Of a stretch of DNA of 64,000 bases, positions 36,438 to 44,258 are shown piece by piece; within the stretch, counting starts at the first letter, position 1; each line of letters starts with the position of its first letter. Location of the stretch: the sequence record PP763253.1; one strand, written 5' to 3'. The position numbers were made by a program, and so were the translations under genes. Origin of the DNA: Acinetobacter phage Ab1-TPeters. Below the pieces are notes generated by a model. That model ran no database searches. It saw only the letters and a list, made by a program, of their open reading frames with translations, and had not been told where the DNA came from.

Positions 36438-37182
36438 AAAGATTTTAATATTTGACGTAGATGGAACTGTGGTTGAATCCTGTCAAGTTCTTGAAGGTGA
36501 AATGCTTAAAGTTCTATCTAAGATAGTGACTAATGGTATTCCAGTTGTATTTATGTCAGGTACAGATAATGCTGAACTTGAACGAATGGTTGGTCTGCCT
36601 TTATCTTCAGTTAGCTGTAATAGCCGAATCTATCTAGCAGGTAATTCAGGTGCTGAGATCTATAAACTAAGCACTGGGTTTATAAAAACTGAAGCTGCTT
36701 TAGAGTTTCGTAAATCACTTGACCTTTCTAGTAAGTCAAATATTCTTAAAGCTGTAGCTAATGCTATCAAGAAATTTGAACTTAAGTGTGAGATCGGTGA
36801 ACAAGTAATTGACCGTGGTAATCAAATTACTTTATCTTGCATTGGACGTAAAGCTCCATCCGAAGATAAAGCTAACTGGGATCCTGACTGTACTAAACGA
36901 AATGAAATAGCTAGTTACATTAAAGGCAAACTTGGTGTTAATTACTCTGTCACTGTAGCTGGTACTACGTCAATTGATATTACTTCAGATAGCTGGGATA
37001 AGGCGGACGGAGTAAGAAAGATTGCTGAGCTGGAAGGTATTGAACTTAAAGACATCTTCTTCTTCGGAGATAAATGTCAAGTAGGTGGTAATGATTACCC
37101 AGCTGCAGCTATCGTTGATCATTGTCATGTCAAAGATCCATCAGAAACTCTTTCTATTTTAGAAACCCATTTTATTGTATAA
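36427..37182 (+). CDS. HAD-family phosphomannomutase-like enzyme
   Basis: N-terminal ILIFDVDGTVVES (DxDGT); C-terminal FFFGDKCQVGGNDYPAA resembles eukaryotic-type PMM FFGDKT..GGND.E. Confidence 0.55.
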   Translation: MKNKKILIFDVDGTVVESCQVLEGEMLKVLSKIVTNGIPVVFMSGTDNAELERMVGLPLSSVSCNSRIYLAGNSGAEIYKLSTGFIKTEAALEFRKSLDLSSKSNILKAVANAIKKFELKCEIGEQVIDRGNQITLSCIGRKAPSEDKANWDPDCTKRNEIASYIKGKLGVNYSVTVAGTTSIDITSDSWDKADGVRKIAELEGIELKDIFFFGDKCQVGGNDYPAAAIVDHCHVKDPSETLSILETHFIV

Positions 37183-37198
37183 TTGAGGCAAGTGTAAA

Positions 37199-38140
37199 AT
37201 GAAAATCCTCGGACTTGATTTAGGTTACGGACACAACAAATGCTGTTATGGTGAGGATGGAAAGATTAAGAATCTTTTCAAAATACCATCTGTTTTAGCT
37301 AATGTTGAAAAACATGAACTGGCTAACGACAAACGAATTGTTGAATTTGAAAATGAACATTACTACGTGGGTGATGACGCTCTAGCTGTAGCTAGTAATC
37401 AAATTCTTGATATTAACAGCTATGCTAAACTTGAATTTGCTGCTCCTATCTTTATTTACAAAGTATGTAAGGATCTTGACATTAACCCAGATCGTTTGGT
37501 TCTTGGTTTATCTATTGCTCAGATTGCTAACTCTGGTTATTTCAAAGAGCGCATCGAGAAGTTCTTAGTTTCAAATGGCATTGAATGTGAAATTCTTTTA
37601 GTGCCTCAAGGTATGATTGCTAAGCTTGCTATTGATAAGTATGGCTTCAATTTTCCTACTGAGACTACTGAATTTGAATCACTTCGTAACTACGTAGGTG
37701 TGGATATCGGATTTAACACTCTGGATATCTTTCAAGTAACCAATGGAAAAACTTCATCTAACTTAGTTCGCGGTATTGAAGAGCGTGGTATTCAAGTAAT
37801 TGTTCACCGTTTGCTTACTGATATTAAGAACAGACTCGGAGTTAACCTTACCGTAAGTGAAGGCAAAGAGGTTCTAGATAACGGATTCCTTCGTCGACGT
37901 GGTAAGAATATTGATTTCTCTGAAGAGATAAATAAGCAAGTTAAAGTTTATGCTGAAGAACTAAGCGTTTTAATTGAAAACGAGTTTGGTGAAGTTCTTA
38001 ATAAATCTGAAGCTTTAGTTCTTTTCGGTGGTGGTAGTTACTCACTTAAATCACTTGAATCTTCATTTGTCAAAATTCCTGCTCAAAAAGCAGAGTTTTA
38101 TAACGTAATTGGTTTTTACTTATTCGGGGATCGTAAATAA
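37199..38140 (+). CDS. actin-like ATPase (ParM/Alp-like)
   Basis: Phosphate-1 ILGLDLGYGHNK, phosphate-2 VGVDIGFNTLDI, adenosine motif LVLFGGGSYSL. Confidence 0.55.
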   Translation: MKILGLDLGYGHNKCCYGEDGKIKNLFKIPSVLANVEKHELANDKRIVEFENEHYYVGDDALAVASNQILDINSYAKLEFAAPIFIYKVCKDLDINPDRLVLGLSIAQIANSGYFKERIEKFLVSNGIECEILLVPQGMIAKLAIDKYGFNFPTETTEFESLRNYVGVDIGFNTLDIFQVTNGKTSSNLVRGIEERGIQVIVHRLLTDIKNRLGVNLTVSEGKEVLDNGFLRRRGKNIDFSEEINKQVKVYAEELSVLIENEFGEVLNKSEALVLFGGGSYSLKSLESSFVKIPAQKAEFYNVIGFYLFGDRK

Positions 38141-38766
38141 TGAATCGATATACTCCATTATCTGAATCAGCTGTAACCGTATGTGATATTGAAACACTAG
38201 GGCTGGATACTAATAACGGTAGCGTAGTTGTTTCAATTGGTTTAGCTACAATTAAAAATAAAATGATTGTAAGCACTAAAGAATGGCTACTAGATATTAA
38301 TCACCTAGAGCATTCTGGCTTTGGTAGAGATGACTCAACTATTGAATGGCATGCTAAGTTACCAAGTGAAACTTTCGAGATTAATTTCCGTGAAGGAGAA
38401 AGACTTGCTCCGTCAGTTGCTATAAAGGAATTTAGTGATTATGTTACTAAATTAAATGAAACTGAAGAAATGCACTTCTTAGTTGGTAATTCACCAGACT
38501 TTGATTTTGGAATGCTGGGTCACTATCTGAATAAGTTTGATATTGATCGCCCTTGGAAGTATTTCCAGCTACTAGATTTCAGAACTCTAGCAACTACCTT
38601 CGGCTTATCTAAAGACTTAAGAGACAGATCAGCAAGATTTGCCTCTGCGATGACTGAACAATACCCTCATAACGCACTATATGATGCTGTTTATGAAGCA
38701 GCTATTTTTGTGTCATTTATTGAGCGATCAGAAAAACTTCGTGAACTCGATAAGGCTCCAGCTTAA
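38140..38766 (+). CDS. DEDDh 3'-5' exonuclease (DnaQ-like)
   Basis: Exo I VCDIETLGLD, Exo II VGNSPDFDFGML, Exo III HNALYDAVYEA. Confidence 0.55.
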   Translation: MNRYTPLSESAVTVCDIETLGLDTNNGSVVVSIGLATIKNKMIVSTKEWLLDINHLEHSGFGRDDSTIEWHAKLPSETFEINFREGERLAPSVAIKEFSDYVTKLNETEEMHFLVGNSPDFDFGMLGHYLNKFDIDRPWKYFQLLDFRTLATTFGLSKDLRDRSARFASAMTEQYPHNALYDAVYEAAIFVSFIERSEKLRELDKAPA

Positions 38767-38827
38767 TCTTCGGATTGAGCTTAAAAGCTTTTTAAATTGT
38801 AATCCCGCCTAACTTTATGGAACAACC

Positions 38828-39466
38828 ATGTCTAAGCCTAAACTAAAACCTGCAGTACTTTGTTTGACTAAATCAGTTCTTGATCTAGTTCAGATCCCTG
38901 AAAATGCGAAAGGCATTTTCTCACTTAATTTAAGTGAAGTAGCTGCAGATCAATTCCACTTTATTAATCGATCAGTTGTAGACAACGTTAATGACCTAAC
39001 CATCGGTAAAGCTTTCCCTCACTTAATTGGTTATGTTACAGTTAAATTAGGAGATAAATACCTAAGTTACTCTCGTGAAAATACTGGCGGTGAGACTCGA
39101 TTAGCAGGTCGTCGCTCAATCGGTATTGGTGGTCATACTGACATTGAAGATGTAGTTATTTCAGAAGGTGGTCATATTGATGCTACCTCAACTTTAGAAA
39201 ATTCTATCTGTCGTGAGCTTGAAGAAGAAATTGGTCTGGATTTGTTCAATATTCGAGCTGAGCGTTTCGATAGCTTAATTGTTGACAGAACTGACGAAGT
39301 TGGTTCTGTTCACTTAGGTGTTCCTTTAATCATTGAGATTAAATCAGAAAACGAAATCATTAAAACTGATGAAGTTCATGATATCCAGTGGTTAACTAAG
39401 GAACAATTGTTAGCAGACTTTGATGCATATGAGAACTGGAGCAAAATTGTGATCGAGAGTCTCTAA
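38828..39466 (+). CDS. putative Nudix hydrolase
   Basis: Approximate Nudix box GGH...E.SICRELEEEIGL; weak. Confidence 0.35.
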   Translation: MSKPKLKPAVLCLTKSVLDLVQIPENAKGIFSLNLSEVAADQFHFINRSVVDNVNDLTIGKAFPHLIGYVTVKLGDKYLSYSRENTGGETRLAGRRSIGIGGHTDIEDVVISEGGHIDATSTLENSICRELEEEIGLDLFNIRAERFDSLIVDRTDEVGSVHLGVPLIIEIKSENEIIKTDEVHDIQWLTKEQLLADFDAYENWSKIVIESL

Positions 39467-39473
39467 TATTACC

Positions 39474-39510
39474 GAGGAAGCTGTAATAAACCAGCTTCCT
39501 CCTTATTATT
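39474..39510 (+). terminator. rho-independent terminator
   Basis: GAGGAAGCTG-loop-CAGCTTCCTC 10-bp stem followed by CTTATTATT. Confidence 0.5.
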
Positions 39511-39521
39511 GGAGTTCAGAA

Positions 39522-39935
39522 ATGATATCTGAAAGTATTTTATGTTTAGCTGCAGTTATTTTTCATGAAGCTAGAGGTGAACCTGAATTAGGTAAACTAG
39601 CAGTAGCAAATGTAGTTATAAACAGAACTAAAACTAGAAACTTGAATGAATGTCAAGTTGTTAAACAGAAGAGACAATTTTCATGGTACAGGGGTCAATC
39701 TCAAATAGACAAAATGAGAAATCCTAAATATGAAGAATATCTTAAATTAGCAAATAAAGCTAGGGCAAGAGACGTTACGAATGGAGCTACTTTCTTTCAC
39801 GCAACGACAGTCTGTCCAAATTGGTCTTACTATCTAATTAGATCCAAGTCAATTGGAGGTCACAGGTTCTATAGAGAATTAGATACTAAGTCCAATTCAA
39901 CCAAAAGGAGAATCAATAATGATTGCAGGTGGTGA
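39522..39935 (+). CDS. cell wall hydrolase, SleB family
   Basis: AAVIFHEARGEPELGKLAVANVVINR matches the SleB/Hydrolase_2 signature (EARGE...AVA.VV.NR). Confidence 0.65.
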   Translation: MISESILCLAAVIFHEARGEPELGKLAVANVVINRTKTRNLNECQVVKQKRQFSWYRGQSQIDKMRNPKYEEYLKLANKARARDVTNGATFFHATTVCPNWSYYLIRSKSIGGHRFYRELDTKSNSTKRRINNDCRW

Positions 39936-40509
39936 ATTAATTGAACACTGCATAAAAGAGAAGTTATGGCATTTTGAGAGTGTTGATGGAGCTAAAGCTC
40001 ACGTTGGCCCAAACTCATTAGATGTTCGGTTGAATTCACATTTTCTTGTAATGACTTCTCCTACCTCATCAGAACCATTTGATATAACTTTAGATGAAGA
40101 TAGTCGTAAGTTGTTTAATGAAGTCGAAGCTAATGAAATCATAGTGAATCCTGGAGATTTCATTTTAGCTTGCTCAATGGAAAGAATTGACTGCTCTCAG
40201 ACTATCGGAGTTAAGACTCAAGACGATATCACTGTTCCAATGATATTTACTCAACATTATGACGGACGAAGCACATTGGCTAGATTAGGTCTTCTGTCGC
40301 ATGTATCAGCTGGTTTTGGTGATTTTAATTTCAAGGGTGCGTTTACTTTAGAAATTAAAAATCTAGGAAATTACCCTTTAGTTTTACGAAAAGGTATGCG
40401 AATAGGTCAAGTCTATTTTGAGCAAACCTTATTTCCTAAGAAGTATGAAGGTTACGATCAAACTGACTTCAAACCAGCTTACCCTAGAACAGGCTCTGGA
40501 CGATTCTAA
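39919..40509 (+). CDS. dcd: dCTP deaminase (dUTPase-fold)
   Basis: GRSTLARLGLLSHVSAGFGDFNFKG...TLEIKNLG...LRKGMRIGQVYF matches Dcd conserved blocks (GRSSLARLGL..H.TAG.IDPG...TLE..N...I.L..G..I.Q..F). Confidence 0.75.
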   Translation: MIAGGELIEHCIKEKLWHFESVDGAKAHVGPNSLDVRLNSHFLVMTSPTSSEPFDITLDEDSRKLFNEVEANEIIVNPGDFILACSMERIDCSQTIGVKTQDDITVPMIFTQHYDGRSTLARLGLLSHVSAGFGDFNFKGAFTLEIKNLGNYPLVLRKGMRIGQVYFEQTLFPKKYEGYDQTDFKPAYPRTGSGRF

Positions 40510-40760
40510 TGATTTTAAGTATCGAACATATATCTGGTAGATTATCAGAAGTTAATCTTAGCGAATTATCTGATTGTAAATTCTGTAAATCAAAACCAGA
40601 ATGGTTTAATCAGGATCAGATATTTGTATTAAGATGCTCATTCTGTAAATCTGTATCTAAAGGTTTCTTATGTAGACCTTGCATGAAAGAAGAGTCTGAC
40701 ATTGACTCAGCTATCTTTAAATTAACTAGTGAATGGAACACTAAAAATGACACCAAATGA
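40509..40760 (+). CDS. cysteine-rich small protein (putative zinc-binding)
   Basis: CKFCKS...CSFCKS...CRPC cysteine pairs. Confidence 0.3.
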   Translation: MILSIEHISGRLSEVNLSELSDCKFCKSKPEWFNQDQIFVLRCSFCKSVSKGFLCRPCMKEESDIDSAIFKLTSEWNTKNDTK

Positions 40761-41070
40761 TCCTATTGTTTTAGTACTTGCTGGAGCTTACGAGCCATCT
40801 GAACGTGATTTGGATACCCATGCTCAACACTTGAATAAGAAACGTGAACAAGCTGTGGCTCAACTTATGAAAATTGATTCTGAGTTAGAACAAGTAGCTG
40901 AGTTGAAGAACAGCTTAGCTAGAGCTAACTCTGATGAAATTACTGCAGAGGTTGTGGCTAAAGTCTGTAGTTCAATGCTTCAAGGACGAGTTCTTAAAGA
41001 CTCTGATGTACCGAAAGAAATGGTTAGTAAAGCTAAATTCTATTTAGCTAAATATGGATTCGCTGGATAA
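40729..41070 (+). CDS. hypothetical protein
   Basis: 113 aa; last + strand gene before the bidirectional terminator. Confidence 0.3.
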   Translation: MNGTLKMTPNDPIVLVLAGAYEPSERDLDTHAQHLNKKREQAVAQLMKIDSELEQVAELKNSLARANSDEITAEVVAKVCSSMLQGRVLKDSDVPKEMVSKAKFYLAKYGFAG

Positions 41071-41112
41071 GTCCAATAAAATAGGGAGCCTAGGCTCCCT
41101 ATTTTATTGGAC
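41071..41112. terminator. bidirectional rho-independent terminator (42-nt perfect palindrome)
   Basis: GTCCAATAAAATAGGGAGCC/TAGGCTCCCTATTTTATTGGAC between convergent + and - gene blocks; flanking A/T runs give U-tracts on both strands. Confidence 0.7.
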
Positions 41113-41700
41113 TTATGCTTCATTTTTAGATATTTTACCTGCAGCTAAAATAGGTAAATCATATCGAAATGAGTGAGGAACTGTCCCTGCACTTACCCAA
41201 CGATATGAAGTAACTCTTTTAGGGTCAAAATCCATAATATTTACTGCGTCTGATTGATTTCCGCCAAGTACCTTCAACATTCCAGATTTAGTTTTACCTA
41301 CTACTAAACCTACGTGGCCACCTCCTTCTCTAGTAAAGGTAACTACACATCCATAAGCTGGTTTATCTAGCTTAGTTCCAACTTTTTCCCAATCTTTAGC
41401 ACGGAAGAAAGATTTAGGTATTTTACTAACCAAACCAGCCTTGCAAAAGACCCCAGCTAAGAATGAGCCACACCAAGCTACTTCATCATTGAAAGCTGTT
41501 GAACCATCTTTATTCTTACCGAATAACCAAGACAAATCTTGTTTAGTTTGCTCAGCTGCGATCTGTATTAGGTTAACAATCTTAGCGTTGTGTTTAGGTC
41601 CTTTAATTTCAGCTTGGCCTATATAGGTTCTAGCTACTTTTACATGATTTAATTCAGTCATTTTATTACCTTCACTTAATTTAGTTGACACAAAATCCAC
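41113..41700 (-). CDS. CHAP-domain peptidoglycan hydrolase (lysin)
   Basis: Catalytic Cys context AWCGSFLAGV and His context GGGHVGLVVG with CHAP-typical spacing. Confidence 0.6.
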   Translation of the reverse strand: MDFVSTKLSEGNKMTELNHVKVARTYIGQAEIKGPKHNAKIVNLIQIAAEQTKQDLSWLFGKNKDGSTAFNDEVAWCGSFLAGVFCKAGLVSKIPKSFFRAKDWEKVGTKLDKPAYGCVVTFTREGGGHVGLVVGKTKSGMLKVLGGNQSDAVNIMDFDPKRVTSYRWVSAGTVPHSFRYDLPILAAGKISKNEA

Positions 41701-41774
41701 TGGATGTCTCTATATAAGTTTAATTGATGATAAATAATTATCGATAAATTTTACAACCTTTAGGTTTACGTAAA

Positions 41775-43817
41775 TCAAACCAACCAAGTTACTTGCTTAT
41801 AGTTCGGATTGTTTGCAAATGTTTCAACTTTCACAATCCATTGATTTGCAGCCGTCACTTTTGTGGCTAAAGATAATGTTCGACCACTCCAGCTGTAAGA
41901 AATGCCAAAGCTGCCGTTAATTTTTTCTGTTGCGAATGTGACACTAGACGAATCATCGCTCGAAATTACAAGCTCAACCAAACCAATCGAACCACCAGCA
42001 CTTGCATCAGCAGCAGCAATCGTAATGATTGATGTACTTCTGTTTTTCGCTGTCAAGATAGGGGTTTGAGTGGTTGTTAAATTAACCTGTCTAACCTCAG
42101 TAGTATCGTAAGCAGTCGATGCACCAGCTGGATTAACAATCTCTAATAGAGATCGTTCTCTATACTGAGCTGTGATAGACCTACGATCTATCGGAGCAAC
42201 AGGCGTTGCTGTACCAGTGAATGTATTTAAACCAAATGATGCTTGAGAAGTAATAATGTTTGTATTAAATGACGTATCATTAAAGATATTACCCTCAATG
42301 ATAAAGTCCCCTGTCGCTGGAGTATTAAAAGAAAAACCTTTAGCTGTTCGTCCGTACATGCGGTTGTTTGTAAACCTACCTGATAGGATAGTGTAGCCAA
42401 GTGTTGTACTGAAAGCATAAGTATCAAACTCACAGTTATCTACAATACAATCCTTCCATCCGTTTGCACAGTTATTGCGAATTGTAGCTACACCTTTGAA
42501 TCGACAGTTCAAGAACTTAACATTAGGCGAACCTGTAGGAGTGTTTTGCTCTTTAACCAAAACAGTAGGTTCTGCACCCGAACTAGAAACCGCATTGAAC
42601 TCGCAGTTTTCCATCGTCACATTATAAACGGTGTCTGCTGTATTAGGGTTTGGCTCAATATCAAATAGATATACCCATGATAATTCAGGTTTTAACTGAC
42701 GGAATTTACAGTTTTTGAAATGAACATCATGACAGAAAACTAATGCAGCAGTATTGCGACGTGCATCGTCAAAATTACAGTTTTCAAAGTAGTGATTTCC
42801 GCAGTCCGCACCAACAACTCCGCGAATATACAAGCCTTCAAATCTAAATCCTGATGTGTCAACGTATCTTGCTGTGAAGCTGTCACCAATGATCCTCATA
42901 CCAAAACCGCAAGCGGATGTTGATTGATCTAGGCGAAGGCCAAGCATTTTAAGATTAGATATTTTACAGTTTGACACGTTTTCAGGCATATAGAACAAAT
43001 CTGTTGAGCCTGTCGAGTGCCAAAATGTTCCATGCTCGTATCTCGCTTCCTGAACAATCGAGGTCGGTGCAGCCGAGATTTCTGCATACGTTTTAGTGGT
43101 TGTAAAGGATTCGAAAGTACCTTCAATGTGAACATTCGATTTTGCCAGTACCTGAGCGTAAATGTGCCCCTTCGGTAGTTTTACTTTTCCACCTCCAATA
43201 AGAGCCATGTAGTCAATACACTTTTGCAATATAGCGGATTGGTTGATTAAATCAGTCTGCAATAAATTTGCTCTGAGTCCTACCTGTGTCGCATGTAAAG
43301 TCTTATCTTTAAGTTTTAATTTCCATCGGCCTGTACTAACACCAGTAACTGCGATTACAGAAAAGCCGTCATCAGTAGCATTAGAGGAGCTATCCCATTG
43401 ATAGAGTGAACCACCATAGCCACTGTCAGCGTTATATTCAAGAGTCTCAACCTGCTGCTTGTTTTTATTACCTTTGTAGTTACGGAGACTCTCTATATTT
43501 TGAATCAGTTGAACTACTGAATTGTTAATCTCTTGTTGATTTTTACCACTTTCATCTTTTATGAATTGAGCTTCTTTCTCACGTTTATCTAAAACTTCTA
43601 GTTCAGGATAGTTCAAATCTTCTAAAGTAATATCAATATTGCCAGATGAGTCAGGCTCTTTGTTATTAACTTTCTTAACTGGCGCTAGTAAGCTAGGGAT
43701 ATTCTCAATCTCTTTACCTAATTTTCTTAAGTCCCGAGTTTGCTGATTATGGTGCTTGTCTGTTAACAATTCACCATTTAATTCAGTAGTTAATTGAGAT
43801 TCTAATTGAATCGCCAT
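41775..43817 (-). CDS. tailspike / tail fiber with right-handed beta-helix (pectate-lyase-like) domain
   Basis: 680 aa; repeated NC.F.. turns (NCNFDDA, NCKFRQL, NCEFNAV, NCRFKGV, NCANGW, NCEFDTY) typical of parallel beta-helix depolymerases; coiled-coil N-terminus. Confidence 0.5.
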   Translation of the reverse strand: MAIQLESQLTTELNGELLTDKHHNQQTRDLRKLGKEIENIPSLLAPVKKVNNKEPDSSGNIDITLEDLNYPELEVLDKREKEAQFIKDESGKNQQEINNSVVQLIQNIESLRNYKGNKNKQQVETLEYNADSGYGGSLYQWDSSSNATDDGFSVIAVTGVSTGRWKLKLKDKTLHATQVGLRANLLQTDLINQSAILQKCIDYMALIGGGKVKLPKGHIYAQVLAKSNVHIEGTFESFTTTKTYAEISAAPTSIVQEARYEHGTFWHSTGSTDLFYMPENVSNCKISNLKMLGLRLDQSTSACGFGMRIIGDSFTARYVDTSGFRFEGLYIRGVVGADCGNHYFENCNFDDARRNTAALVFCHDVHFKNCKFRQLKPELSWVYLFDIEPNPNTADTVYNVTMENCEFNAVSSSGAEPTVLVKEQNTPTGSPNVKFLNCRFKGVATIRNNCANGWKDCIVDNCEFDTYAFSTTLGYTILSGRFTNNRMYGRTAKGFSFNTPATGDFIIEGNIFNDTSFNTNIITSQASFGLNTFTGTATPVAPIDRRSITAQYRERSLLEIVNPAGASTAYDTTEVRQVNLTTTQTPILTAKNRSTSIITIAAADASAGGSIGLVELVISSDDSSSVTFATEKINGSFGISYSWSGRTLSLATKVTAANQWIVKVETFANNPNYKQVTWLV

Positions 43818-43820
43818 ATT

Positions 43821-44258
43821 TTATTCATCCTTTCTCAAATTACTTAGCTTATCTAACCTATCTTTAGCCTTATCTCGTGTTTCAGGATCAGTCGCCCAAT
43901 TTAGTAATATTACTAAGATAGGTGCACCTAGGCAACCTAACACGAAAGCTGGGCCAGTCAAAACTGCAGGTGTCCATTCCAGCCATGCATTTAAGCTAAT
44001 GCAGGGAAATAACCCCGCACCAGTACCAATAATTATTTTAGCTACTCTAGGATCTTGAGTAAGTTCAGAGTCTACAGGTGTTTTAATAAAAATAGAACAA
44101 ACACCTCCAAACACTGAAGCAAACAATACAGACCAGAAACCCCACTGGATGGTGTCACTTACTCGTTCTTGAAGCCAAACCCCAGCATAAGCTGAGATTG
44201 GCAGTGAAAAAGTAAGTAACAGGATTAAATTCATTAAGAATTTCATGAAACACCTCAA
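43821..44258 (-). CDS. membrane protein (3-4 TM helices), possible holin-like
   Basis: 145 aa, multiple hydrophobic helices, charged C-terminus; sits in the lysis/fiber neighbourhood. Confidence 0.3.
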   Translation of the reverse strand: MRCFMKFLMNLILLLTFSLPISAYAGVWLQERVSDTIQWGFWSVLFASVFGGVCSIFIKTPVDSELTQDPRVAKIIIGTGAGLFPCISLNAWLEWTPAVLTGPAFVLGCLGAPILVILLNWATDPETRDKAKDRLDKLSNLRKDE

